64,000 nt of DNA, from NCBI GenBank assembly GCA_951406725.2, contig OX597814.1:30318001-30382000 (forward strand), in the 5' to 3' direction. How positions within the stretch are numbered: the stretch's first letter is position 1; the number at the start of each line of letters is the position of its first letter. Below the pieces are notes generated by a model. The model saw only the letters and a list, made by a program, of their open reading frames with translations. It was not told the origin of the DNA and made no database searches. Position numbers and translations under genes: made by a program. Of the stretch, positions 28,313 through 40,670 are shown one piece after another. Source of the stretch: Octopus vulgaris. Lineage: Eukaryota.

Positions 28313-28959
28313 AATATCTTTGTAATCTTTTTTTCCCACAGGTTTCCGATAGATTCTCTTTCACTTGTTTCAAATCTTTGAACAGCTGTCATGCTGGGGC
28401 ACTGCTTTGAAAGGTTTATAGTTGAAGAAATCGACCCTAGTATACATTTTGTTTTAAACTCTGGTACTTATTCTATCGGTCTCTTTTGCTGATAAAAACC
28501 GCCTAGGGGATGTAACCACCTAGGGGACATAAACAAAGCAACAAAACCTGCCACTAAAAGGGGTAACAGCAGTAACAAACTCTGCCACAACTACCACTAG
28601 CTTTAAGCTCACACCATACCACTCCCTACAATCCTAACACTATCTCTACTAGCTGTATTGACCACCCACCTACTCCCATTCATGCTCGACGTACAGAAGA
28701 CTAACACCTGTGCTGGAAATTTTTCCGTTATATCACCCACCCACGACATTCTATTGTCACTATCTGAAAACCAAATCTCTTACGACAATGTTCAATACCA
28801 ACATTCTCCGACCCTAGACTTGGCAACCGATTATAATAGTATTGATCCTGGTAACATAGACCCCAGTAACAACCATGCAAACACCAGTAACTCTTGTGAG
28901 CTTGAACTATTACACCATAATAACGTTGGATTGCGTATCCGTAATAATAAATTTCAAGT

Positions 28960-29375
28960 CTTACAATATATTGGGTGCAATTGTTTAGACAAAATATCAT
29001 GTCCGCTTTTTGGTCGATGTCTAGCAGTAAATGTGGTTTACAAATGTGTACTTATATCGGCTGCTCCGTAATCTCAAGAAGCGCTTACCTAACCACTATT
29101 TTCCCTTTAAATTAAGACATAGGGCTGGCAGAACTCTAACCACGAAGATTTGGGATCTCAAGGACGACAATGTTAAATTTGATTTGAGTTGAGACATCAT
29201 TAGGGTCGCTAAACCATACTTAAACAGCAGATATGGGTGCAGGCTTTAACTGCATGGAGCTGTTTGAAATTTTAAAGAGATCAAATAGTGAAAATCTACT
29301 AAATAATAAGCTAGGCCTTCGTCTTTCCTGTATACATAAGGCTACCCGCATGCTTAAATATTTTAGGGACATTAA
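28960..29375 (+). pseudogene. Penelope-like element GIY-YIG endonuclease fragment
   Basis: Across frameshifts: GCNCLDKISCPLFGRCLAVNVVYKC..YIGCS..LKKRLPNH..IWDLKDDNVKFDLS*DIIRVAKPY..GCRL..ELFEIL..LLNNK..SCIHK, the Cys-rich GIY-YIG pattern of PLEs. Confidence 0.75.
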
Positions 29376-30358
29376 ACAACCTCTATAATAGCTCCTAACC
29401 GAGGGCCAATCTATTTTACTCCCTCTATTGTTGACCCAATAGCCGATCGATCTGCCAATATATTTTTGAGTCCTAGTCTCGTTTCCCTTTACCATTACTT
29501 TCTAACCGCTCTTACTATACTTGCATGGTAAGCTTTATTGAAGGAACTAACCATTCTATCTGTGGTGTACCCAGTATTATGTAATAGCGATGGCAAAGAT
29601 ATCTAACCCAGAAATAGCAGCCTGCACACCCTAGCCAGTTCTACTAAGTAAGTAATCCTTACACCAAGATACAGTATTTGTGCTGCGCTTGTTAATAGAT
29701 AGAAAACACAATCCAAACCTCTTACCCGCGACAATTGTCCGGAGTTGCTTTACCTGACTTACACAGGTGATTATACTAATTAAATAATATCAATGCCACT
29801 TGTATAACATTCAATATTCTACATCATTAGACTACTACCTACTACTGGCTTTCTTTGATATCCGATCTGGTATTTCCTCTAACTCTGTACTAGGTATATA
29901 ACCCCCATCCTTTTTTAAACTCCTTAATGATAAGTAGTATTCTACTATTACTACCAGCTTTTCCCTTTCCAGGCAAACATGGTCTCATAATACAAGTGGT
30001 CCCCACTAACCCATATACATTTTCGTATCAAAAACAACACCCTACATCTTTCCTTTTCACGCTTAACACTACAATTCCATAAAAGTAAGATCTTATTATT
30101 TGATTGCCTTCGTACCCTCCCCCAACTTTCAAACAATATCCACAGAATACCCCTAAATTCTGTGTATCTCTGCCCTCCTCCCTTTGTCCTTTAGTTTAGC
30201 TAGCGAATCCTAAACCCCGACCCTATGCCTAAATGGCTTGTATGCCTTTATTTTTCTTCACCTTTACTTTTGTTTTCTTTATTCTTTCTTTCTTTATCCT
30301 TAATTTATATTAGGTCATCTCCTAGCTACCCACTGCTCTAAGCCTACTATAATAAAAT

Positions 30359-30745
30359 GTGGAGGCGCAATGGCCCAGTGGTTAGGGCAGCGGACTCGCG
30401 GTCGGAGGATCGCGGTTTCGATTCCCAGACCGGGCATTGTGAGTGTTTATTGAGCGAAAACACCTAAAGCTCCACGAGGCTCCGGCAGGTGATGGTGGTG
30501 AGCCCTGCTGTACTCTTTCACCACAACTTTCTCTCGCTCTTTCTTCCTGTTTCTGTTGTACCTGTATTTCAAAGGGCCAGCCTTATCACACTCTGTGTCA
30601 CGCTGAATCTCCTCGAGAACTACGTTAGGGGTACACGTGTCTGTGGAGTGCTCAGCCACTTGCACGTTAAAATCACGAGCAAGCGGTTCCGTTGATCGTA
30701 TCAGCTGGGACCCTCATCGTCGCAACCGACGGAGTGCTCTTATTA
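30359..30745 (+). mobile_element. SINE family B
   Basis: TSD tataataaaat (11 bp). Confidence 0.92.
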
Positions 30746-31013
30746 TATAATAAAATATCACCTGCATCCCACTCCAGAGCCTACCTAAGAACCAATCTAG
30801 CAGAATCCTATCTCACCTGGGTCGTTGACCTTAGCTATCATATTACACCCTTTCACAAACTATATTCTTAACCTCAACGGTCAGCTTGGTTGGTCATTCT
30901 CCTATTTCATAGTTGACCTCGACAGACCTCAGCCACATCCCTGCTGTATTCTTGGGATATTTGTTTGTTTGTAAAATTTCTTTTCATCTGATAATTACGT
31001 TTTTTTTTTATAA

Positions 31014-31360
31014 TTAGTTAGTTAGTTAGTTGATTTGGCTCAAAAGCAAATAGCAAGGCCATGTAGGGGGACATGGAGTTAAGTACAGTGGTGTTCATGT
31101 AAAGAGTTCAGGCCACTTGAGGTCAAGGGAGGCTTTGAACAAAGCGGTCGTCGGCATCTTCACCATCTCGTCTGGCAGCTTGTTCCACGGATCCGCAACC
31201 CGGACGGAGAAAGCTCCTCTCCTTCGATTGAGATGAAATCGTCGCAGGTAGAGCTTTTCGGAATGACCCCGCAGCCGACGCTCTGGAGCAGGAGTGAAGA
31301 ACAGCTCCTTCGAGAGGTTACTCTTTCCGCTTATGATGTTGTGGGCGAGAATGAGATAAT
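31014..31360 (-). mobile_element. CR1/L2-group LINE 3' fragment with (AACT)n tail
   Basis: RLRGHSEKLY..RRGAFSVRVADPWNKLP..FKASLD is the typical ORF2 C-terminus, followed by a short 3'UTR and a tandem tail. Confidence 0.85.
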
Positions 31361-31699
31361 GAAGTAATGCTCTCATTCTTTTATTAAAAAGATGCGCAAG
31401 AAACAGTTGTAATGAGCTGACAATTATCCATCGTATGTTATTAATTCATTTGATTATAATACACCAAGGAGATTTACGATTTGTCGGATACCCTAGAGTA
31501 TACCAACAACGTACTATTCAACGCTAAATAGTCATAGGGTTGGGTTTCTCTGTGTACACAACCGGAATATCCTATTTGATACTTACCAACTAAAAAACGC
31601 AATAGAGGACAATAAAACATCCGGACGGACAGACGATACAAAGGCGGATATGAAAAACAACAAATAGAGGGACAGGAAAAAAAGGACGCGTCATTCGTG

Positions 31700-31765
31700 G
31701 CTTTCTTTCATCAGTCAATTTTCCAGATAGTCATTACAGTTTTGGGCAGTTACACTTGAGACTGT
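31700..31765 (-). ncRNA. Candidate permuted hammerhead from a different repeat family (decayed)
   Basis: ACAGT-C-TCAA ... (G>A)AA-ACTGT ... TTGA-CTGATGA. Stems I and III pair using different sequences; GUC triplet; G12 mutated and stem II not evident. Confidence 0.45.
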
Positions 31766-31911
31766 TCGACTCTGGTTGCTCCCCCACCACCACCACACCA
31801 CACCAAAAGCCTAAACTAAGAGCATTAGATTTTTTGTAAGAAAGCAAGCGAATATGTACGACAGCAATGACAAAAAACGGCTTAATACTCTTTTGCTCAT
31901 CTTGTAAATAA

Positions 31912-31974
<63 letters not shown>

Positions 31975-32010
31975 CATACATATATATACATGCATACATA
32001 TATATATACA

Positions 32011-32054
<44 letters not shown>

Positions 32055-32128
32055 TACATACATACATACATATATATACATACATACATACATACATACA
32101 TACATGCATGCATGCATGCATACATACA

Positions 32129-32160
<32 letters not shown>

Positions 32161-32203
32161 CATACATATATACATATATACATATATACATATACACACA
32201 CAC

Positions 32204-32240
<37 letters not shown>

Positions 32241-32442
32241 CACACATACGACGAGCTTCCACACAGTTTCTGTCAACCGAAGCGACTCATTAGGCATTGG
32301 TTAGCTCAGGATATAGTAGAAGATATTCAATGTGCCGTTGGACTGAACGCGAAATCACGTATTTGCAAGTGAGCTTCTTAAACGCAATGCCATGATTGTT
32401 TATCTTGACCATAAATATCTTCGACAAGTTGTTATCCAGTAA

Positions 32443-32838
32443 TCTTTATATATAAAAGTGAGGTTGTGTGCTGTCTGTCTCCTACGATTTAGATTCCTAA
32501 CTACTCCCACATTTTGCGGTGCAGTTTAACCAAAACCGGGTATCTTATAGTCGTGATTCATATCGAGCCCTTCTGGGTATTAGCGCGCGTCTACGATGAG
32601 TCTACGATTTAAAAAAAAAATTACAATCAATTTTTCCCATTTTTAATGCATTTTTGGCATATATAAGGGAAGTAACTCTCTAAAAATTTATTATTAAATC
32701 TCAGAACGTAAAAAGCTACAGTAACACCCCCCATTTGTGGTTAGCCATATTGAGATGGCTATTATACTTTACATCTCTAAAAATGCTTATATAGTTATTT
32801 CCCTTATAAACCCGAGCAACGCCGGGCGATATTGCTAG
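32443..32838 (+). mobile_element. Non-autonomous Helitron
   Basis: A|TCTTTATATATAAA 5' end; subterminal hairpin cccgagcaacgccggg; CTAG|T 3' end; no TSD. Confidence 0.88.
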
Positions 32839-33214
32839 TGAGGATAAAAAGGTATGTGAAAAATTTGAGTACGCAGGAGTGTGAACCATACTTTTTTGTT
32901 TTTATGCTAGTGCGTAATATATTCTTTCGAAAAACAATTGTTTCGTAATGATTAATTTTCTTAGAAAACGCTCAATTTATTACAAGGAAAAATACTTTCA
33001 CATTCTTTTATCTTCACGAAGACAAATATTTCAACAGATAGCAAGGAAGATGATTTAGTTTCTCGTTAATCGTTTATCTTTCCACTTTTGAAAATTGTTT
33101 ACACAAAAGAAGACAGAAACATTCACTTCAATTTTCATGACGACAGCAAGGAGGTTATTTTCGTTTCTTGTTAATCTTGACCATAAATATCTTCGACAAG
33201 TTGTTATCCAGTAA

Positions 33215-33609
33215 TCTTTATATATAAAAGTCAAGTTGTGTGTCTGTCTCCTACGATTCAGATTCCTAACTACTCCCACATTTTGCGGTGCAGTTTAACC
33301 AAAACCGGGTATCTTATAGTCGTGATTCATATCGAGCCCTTCTGGGTATTAGCGCGCGTCTACGATGAGTCTACGATTTAAAAAAAAAATTACTATCATT
33401 TTTTTCCATTTTAATGCATTTTTTCGCTATTATATAAGGGAAGTAATTCTCTAAAAATGTCTACGATGAGTCAACGATTTAAAAAAAAATTACCATTATT
33501 TATTTCCATTTTTAATGCATTTTTTTGCTATTTTTTGGCTATAACTCTCTAAAAATGCTTATATAGTTATTTCCCTTACAAACCCGAGCAACGCCGGGCG
33601 ATGCTGCTA

Positions 33610-33610
<1 letters not shown>
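33215..33610 (+). mobile_element. Non-autonomous Helitron, second copy with a different internal segment
   Basis: Same TC...hairpin...CTAG termini and AT target. Confidence 0.88.
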
Positions 33611-33678
<68 letters not shown>

Positions 33679-34049
33679 CGACGGGCTTCTTTCAGTTTCT
33701 GTCTACCAAATCCAATCACAAGGCTTTGGTCGACCTGAGGCGATGGTAGAAGACACTTCACCAAGGTGCCGCGCAGTGGGACTGAACCCGAAACCATGTG
33801 GTTGGGAAGCAAGCTTCTTACCACACAGCCACATCTGCGCCTATTACATCTATTGAAGAACTGTAGGAGTACATCCAGACTGTGTTTGAAAACCGTCCTG
33901 AGAGAGAAGCACACGAGAGAAATTTTTATTCTCAGTAACTAGGGTTGCATAAATCAAAGGTCAGCTGTAATTTTAAGAATGCAACTATGTATATATACAC
34001 ATGCATATATGGGAACATATATGCATGTGGGAACATATATGGGAACATA

Positions 34050-34372
34050 GTGAAGGCGCGTGGCTCAGTGGTTAGAGCGTCGAGCTTACGATCGTGAGGT
34101 TGTGAGCTCGAATTCCGGACCGGGATGCGTGTTGTGTTCTTGAGCAAGACACTTTATTTCACGTTGCTCCAGTTCACTCAGCTGTAGAAATGAGTTGCGA
34201 CGTCGCAGGTGCCAAGCTGTATCGGCCCTTGCCTTTCCCTTGGACAACATCGGTGACGTGGAGAGAGGAGGCCGGTATGCATGGGCGACTGCTGGTCTTC
34301 CATAAAAAAAAACAAACCTTGCCCAGACTTGTGCCTCAGAGGGTAACTCTCTAGGTGCAAACCCATGGTCAA
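34050..34372 (+). mobile_element. SINE family D (tRNA head gtgaaggcgcgtggctcagtggttagagcg; ttcttgagcaagacacttt core)
   Basis: A and B boxes present; truncated copies at 12941-13055 and 49576-49757. Confidence 0.85.
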
Positions 34373-34397
34373 GGTCTGACCGTAGGGGGTCACCATG

Positions 34398-34856
34398 TGG
34401 GTACAGGACGTCACCAACGGTCCAAATAACAAGAAATACGTAAACAAACGAATTAAGCATGTAAACAACGAGAAAAATGGAAAACAGGACAAATAAACTC
34501 AGAGAAAGGGCCCTTCATCAGTTATCGGCTGTCTATCTACTCCTCATTTCGAGCATTCTGGTTTAACGACACCCCCACCCCCATCATGTAAGTTTCCACT
34601 GTCATTTTTTGTTCCCCAACTTTGACCCTCCATAAATCATAAATTTTATATTAGAATTTATGGGAACAACTGTCTTCGAAGACTCATAATTGTCGTTGAG
34701 TGCTCGAAATGAGGAGTAGATAGACAGCCGACAACTGATGAAGAGTCTTTTCTCTGTGTTTACTTGTTCCATTTATTTTTCTCGTTCTTTAAGTATTTAA
34801 CTATCTTGTTTACGTATTTCATCTTATTTGCACCCTTGGTGACGTCCTGTACCCAT
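34398..34856. repeat. Fold-back repeat (arms ~34398-34558 / 34698-34856); direct homolog at ~44283-44590
   Basis: Diverged inverted arms ending next to (TA)n; contains the hammerhead motif. Confidence 0.85.
34683..34746 (+). ncRNA. Candidate non-circularly permuted hammerhead ribozyme (second copy)
   Basis: CTCAT-A-(A)-TTGTCG ... GCTC-GAA-ATGAG ... CGACAA-CTGATGA-A-GAGT; one extra A after the cleavage site. Confidence 0.55.
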
Positions 34857-34869
34857 ATATGCATGTATA

Positions 34870-34958
<89 letters not shown>

Positions 34959-34963
34959 GTATA

Positions 34964-35042
<79 letters not shown>

Positions 35043-35276
35043 AAAAATTGTGAAGCATGACTGTCACCACTACTACATGAACCTGAAGATTGCAGAATTT
35101 AATGCATGAAAGTACTAGTTCAATCAGAATGAACATTTAACATTCTATTATTTTATTTTATTTTATTATATTATATTATCTTATATCATTATAAGATTGT
35201 AAATAAAACGTGACAATCAGACAAGGTTGGAATTCCTTTTATTAATATATTCTTCTATACACAATCACACACACCC

Positions 35277-35312
<36 letters not shown>

Positions 35313-35367
35313 CTTACTTGGAAGAGGATACGTAGCATTCAATCATATAATAATATAATATATATAT

Positions 35368-35413
<46 letters not shown>

Positions 35414-35439
35414 GAATATATATATATCTTCTTTTCATT

Positions 35440-36105
35440 TATTCTTTTATTTGTTTCAGTCATTTGACTGCGGCCATGCTGGAGCACCACATTTAGTCGA
35501 GCAAATCGAGCCCAGGACTTATTCTTTGCACGCCTAGCACTTATTCGATCGATGTTTCGCTTTTGCCGAACCGCTAGGCAACAAGAACGTATACACACCA
35601 CTCTCGGTTGTCAAGCGATGCTGGGGGGAAGGGGGCAAACACAGACATATACATACATATATATATATATATACGTATAAATAGGGATGATCACTAAGTG
35701 GACATCCAATATACTAGAAATAGATCACTTACGATCTAACCACAAAGAAAAGAATGTTCTCTGTCCACTTAGTGATCATCCCTACTTACACGCATGTAAT
35801 ACAATTTTTCTGAATTTTCAGATTTTTCTATATGCTAGGCTACTGGTTTTAAATTGATGTTAATTAAATTAAATATTCAATTTATCACCCTAATTTAATT
35901 AACATCAATTTAAAACCAGTGGCCTAGCATATAGAAAAAATCTGAAAATATACGACGGGCTTCTTTCAGTTTCCGTCTACCTAATCCACTCACCAGGCTT
36001 TGGTTGGCCTGAGGCTTATAGCAGAAGGTACATGCCCAAGGTGCCACGCAGTGGGACTGAACCCAGAATCATGTGGTTGGGAAGCAAGCTTCTTGCCACA
36101 CAGCC
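35440..36105 (-). mobile_element. SINE family A interrupted in its (TA)n by a double-hairpin insert (35675-35950)
   Basis: Both halves of the SINE flank the insert. Confidence 0.8.
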
Positions 36106-36275
36106 CGACAGTCTTCATTCAGTTTCTGTGTACCAGACCCAACCCATTCAGAAGGCCTTGGCGACGTCTATAGTCGAAAATTATAAGTGTCGCGCAGCAG
36201 GGCTGAACCGGAAACCATGCGGTTGGGAGCCAACTTCTTACCACACAGCCACACCTGCACCTTTTGTGAGCACAC

Positions 36276-36402
<127 letters not shown>

Positions 36403-36742
36403 GTGGAACTATTATGTACTTAGTTAAAACTACTTCAAAGAAATATGAAAACATAAGAGCTAAAGAAGATACGATCATCGAGTAGTGAAGTGAAATAATG
36501 GCCACAGCTGTAGTCGGTTTTGTATGGTGGCTTCAAGATTAACGGAAAGGAACAGGCGGACTTCAGTACGGGTCAAAAAAAAAAAAAAAAAAAACCCCGC
36601 ATTCTTTGATAGCATCAGTGCTGTTCAACATTGTTGGAGGGAGTGGCATTGTTGGTGGAAGTTGAACCCGTTATGATCTTCATCAGTCGACAGCTGACGA
36701 GAAGGAGTGCCTCGTGTGTGCGTGTGTGTGTATGTGTATAAA

Positions 36743-36803
<61 letters not shown>

Positions 36804-37194
36804 GTGTTTCCGACATAGACACACATCCTGCAGTAGTCACATAAGTACATGTATGTGTATAAGCATATTCATAGCTATATTAATATCTTCATGTGTGTGT
36901 ACATATACTTAGGTATATATGCAGTATTGGCCCAGGCCATGTATAACTTAATACATACTTATGTTTGCGTAGCACGCCGGGCGAAATGCGTAGCCGTATT
37001 TCGTCTGCCGTTAAGTTCTGAGTTCAAATTCCGCCGAGGTCGACTTTGCCTTTCATCCTTTTGGGGTCGATAAATTAAGTACCAGTTACGCACTGGGGTC
37101 GATATAATCGACTTAATCCGTTTGTCTGTCCTTGTTTGTCCCCTCTATGTTTAGCCCCTTGTGGGTAATAAAGAAATTATATATATATATATAT

Positions 37195-37257
37195 TCCGGG
37201 CCGACCAATGCCTTGTGAGTGGATTTGGTAGACGGAAACTGAAAGAAGCCTGTCGTA

Positions 37258-37336
<79 letters not shown>

Positions 37337-37710
37337 TTGTGTGTCTGTGTTTGTCCCCCTAGCATTGCTTGACAACCGATGCTGGTGTGTCTACGTCCCC
37401 GCCACTTAGTGGTTCGGCAAAAGAGACCGATAGAATAAGTACTGGGCTTACAAAAAGAATAAGTTCCGGGGTCGATTTGATCGACTAAAGGCGGTGCTCC
37501 AGCATGGCCGCAGTCAAATGACTGAAACAAGTAAAAGAGAAAAAGATAAAAGAGGCGCAGGAGTGGCTATGTGGTAAGTAGCTTGGTTCCAGGTTCCAGG
37601 TTCAGTCCCACTGCGTGGCACCTTGGGCAAGTGTCTTCTACTATAGCCTCGGGCCGACCAAAGCCTTGTGAGTGGATTTAGTAGACGGAAACTGAAAGAA
37701 GTCCGTCGTA

Positions 37711-37771
<61 letters not shown>

Positions 37772-37985
37772 GTGTGTATATGTTTGCGTGTCTGTGTTTG
37801 TCCCCACAACATCGCTTGACAATCGATGCTGGTGTGTTCATGTCCCCGTAACTTAACGGTTCGGCAAAAGAGACCGATAGAATAAGTACTAGGCTTACAA
37901 AAAATAAGTCCTGGGGTTGATTTCTTCGAATAAAGGCGGTGTGCTCCAGCATGGCCGCAGTCAAATGACTGAAACAAGTAAAAGA
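37195..37985 (+). mobile_element. Two head-to-tail SINE family A copies (5'-truncated 37195-37553; full 37554-37985)
   Basis: The tail of the first runs directly into the ggcgcaggagtggct head of the second. Confidence 0.9.
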
Positions 37986-38005
37986 CTATATATATATATG
38001 TATAT

Positions 38006-38084
<79 letters not shown>

Positions 38085-38232
38085 CCCTTTTACTCGTTTA
38101 CTTGTTTCAGTCATTTGACTGCGGCCATGCTGGAGCACCGCCTTTCGGATTTATTCTTCGTAAGCCTAGTACTTATTCTATCGGTCTGTTTTGCCGAACC
38201 GCTAAGTTAAGGGGAAGTAAACACCCCAGCAT

Positions 38233-38555
38233 CGGTTGACTGATGAACATTTGAAAACAATTCTCTTGGCTGGATGCAGCAATTACATAGCAAATATTGG
38301 TGATATCTTAAAAGCTAAACACCAGTTTCACAAATCTCACTAATCTTTTTTTGTTGCTTAGATTCGGATATATCACACTGGGTATGATCTTATTGCTAAC
38401 GTCTCCTTCTTTAATAACTTATGGTAAATAAATACGTTGGTTGTCTTTATTTTCTGTGTATTCCCTGTAATGTATTGAATAAAATGGTTACGCAGCCTGC
38501 GCTCGGCATTCTCTCGGTTGTCTGGCCCGCCATGAAAAAAGTTTGGTGACCCCTG
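38233..38555 (+). mobile_element. hAT (Buster/Charlie-like) transposon 3' remnant: transposase C-terminus plus right TIR
   Basis: RLTDEHLKTILL...KHQFHKSH* at 38233-38343; terminus aaaaaagtttggtgacccctg (reverse complement CAGGGGTCACCAAAC). Confidence 0.8.
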
Positions 38556-39270
38556 GTATAAATGAACAAAAGCGAAGTTTGAAGGAAATATTGGCCATTT
38601 TTCATACTTTCTAGAGGTAAGCAAATAGGAAATAACAGTTGCTACTCAAGGACAAAAATCGCGTTAGTGTTTTCGGTATATCAATTGTTACTGAGTGCTT
38701 GCTGTGTCTGCTTATTCAGTTGTATTCATTTTCATTTTCTGGTTGTCTATTTTCTGACTTATTGTTATTGTTTTCAAGCATTGTTTTCTATTGGATCGTA
38801 ATTTTTCTACGAAAGTAATTTGTTTTAGAAGTTTTAGTAATTTACTGGCTTTTTTTAAGCAATTAGCAATATTAAAAAACAATAACAAAACTATTTAAAG
38901 CACAGATCTTTGGTCTACTACGGTTGATGGGGTAGAAGTTCAAACGTTCCCAAGTTCACTCTTCATAAAATAAACGAGGAAAAATTTGTTTTCCTTCATT
39001 AAATAAATCTTGGTAGAATCCAACTCGGGAAGATGGAAATTACAACCATCCACATATCGGCCAGGACGTCTTTCAGTCTGTCTTTTGAAGGTATACAGAA
39101 TGTCCCCATCTCTCTTCGCGAGACAGAGGCGTGTCACTTTTCTCTGAACAAATTCCTCGGCATACAGTCTGGAAATTTGAGTTCTGTCTTCTGAGAAACG
39201 CTTCTGCTAGACTTCCTTCTTTCATTGGATTTTACCCATGCTCCAAATTTCTTTATTGGAAGCGATATCT

Positions 39271-39333
39271 GCAAAGATGCGTTTGCAAAGATGCGTTTGC
39301 AAAGATGCGTTTGCAAAGATGCGTTTGCAAAGA
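39271..39333 (+). repeat. 14-bp minisatellite (gcaaagatgcgttt) x4.5
   Basis: Read directly from the sequence. Confidence 0.95.
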
Positions 39334-39689
39334 GTTGTGTGTTGTTGCAGTGACGACCAAAACATTTCTCAGTGCTGTTAGCATCGAAAGAAAAGTTAAG
39401 TTTATTTTCGTTTAAATTACACACGCCTTCAAGCCTTGAGGCAAAGAATTTCTATCCATATTCCTGTTTGTCTGCTTTAAGTTGTGTTGTCTTTACATGT
39501 CTCGCAAATAAAAAAAAATGTTTTCTTCCAAAACATATTTCATGCAAACCGACTGAAAAAAACCAAGAAAAACAGAATAAATTTCGCTTCTTTCTTTCGA
39601 AAATCTTGCAAGATCGATGCGCAATCATATCTTGCTTGGACGTGAAGCTGCTAGAAGATCGTGTTGTAAGAACAACAGTAGCAGCAATA

Positions 39690-40082
39690 AAACTTTCTAC
39701 TATAGGTACAAGGCTTAAAATTTGGGGAAGGGGGACAGTCGATTACATCGACCCTAGTACTCAATTGGTACTTTATTTATCGACACCGAAAGGCAAAGTC
39801 GACTTCGACGGAATTTGAACTCAGAACGTAGCGGCAGACAAAATACCTATTTCTTTACTACCCACAAGGGGCTAAACACAGAGAGGACAAACAAGGGCAA
39901 ACAAACGGATTAAATTGATTATATCGACCCCAGTGCGTAACTGGCACTTATTTAATCAACCCCGAAAGGATGAAAGGCAAAGTCAACTTCGGCGGAATTT
40001 GAACTCAGAACGTAACGACAGACGAAATACCGCTAAGCATTTTGCCCAGCGTACTAACGATTCTGCCAGGTCGTTGCCTTCA
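39690..40082 (-). mobile_element. SINE family C, full-length dimer
   Basis: Reverse-complement match to 27915-28312. Confidence 0.85.
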
Positions 40083-40260
40083 CAATAGCGGCAATAATAA
40101 CAGAAATAATAAAAAATAACGCTTTCTTCATTTGCCGCCACAAGGTCCGTCTTACAAACACCAGAAAAGAGCGAAAATACATGGTTTTCAAACGTATGGG
40201 AATACACAAAATAAAATGATATGAAAACGAAATTATATAAATTATTAAATATGTTGAAAC

Positions 40261-40670
40261 TAGGAGTGGCTGTGTGGTAAGTAGCTTGTTTACCAGCCAC
40301 ATGGTTCCGGGTTCAGTCCCACTGCGTGGCACCCTGGGCAAGTGTCTTCTACTATAGCCTTGGGCCGACCAAAGCCTTGTGAGTGAATTTGGTAGACGGA
40401 AACTGAAAGAAGCCCGTCGTATATATGTATATATATGTATGCGTGTGTGTGTTTGTGTGAGTGTGTTTGTCCCCCTAGCATTGCTTGACAACCGATGCTG
40501 GTGTGTTTATGTCCCCGTTACTTAGCGGTTCGGCAAAAGAGACCGATAGAATAAGTACTGGGTTTAAGGCAAAAGAATAAGTCCCGGGGTCGAGTTGCTC
40601 GATTAAAGGCGGTGCTCCAGCATGGCCGCAGTCAAATGACTGAAACAAGTAAAAGAGTAAAAAGAGAGTA
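40261..40670 (+). mobile_element. SINE family A, full length
   Basis: Matches the family consensus. Confidence 0.9.

Noticed and set aside
29189-29192. In-frame TGA in the PLE endonuclease as selenocysteine
   Set aside because: It falls where Trp is expected (TGG>TGA) in an already frameshifted relic, and no SECIS was seen.
31734-32372. Long ORFs of YI/CV/HT/MYVC repeats (also at 23101, 34764, 36032, 45036, 46318, 54472, 60045, 63044)
   Set aside because: Stop-free translations of microsatellites, not genes.
38240-38256. CTGATGAacatttGAAA hammerhead-like string
   Set aside because: It is transposase coding sequence (TDEHLK) with no stems. CTGATGA at 57542 is likewise the RT FADD motif.
39271-39333. 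Short direct repeats as a possible CRISPR array
   Set aside because: No spacers, eukaryotic context; a simple minisatellite.
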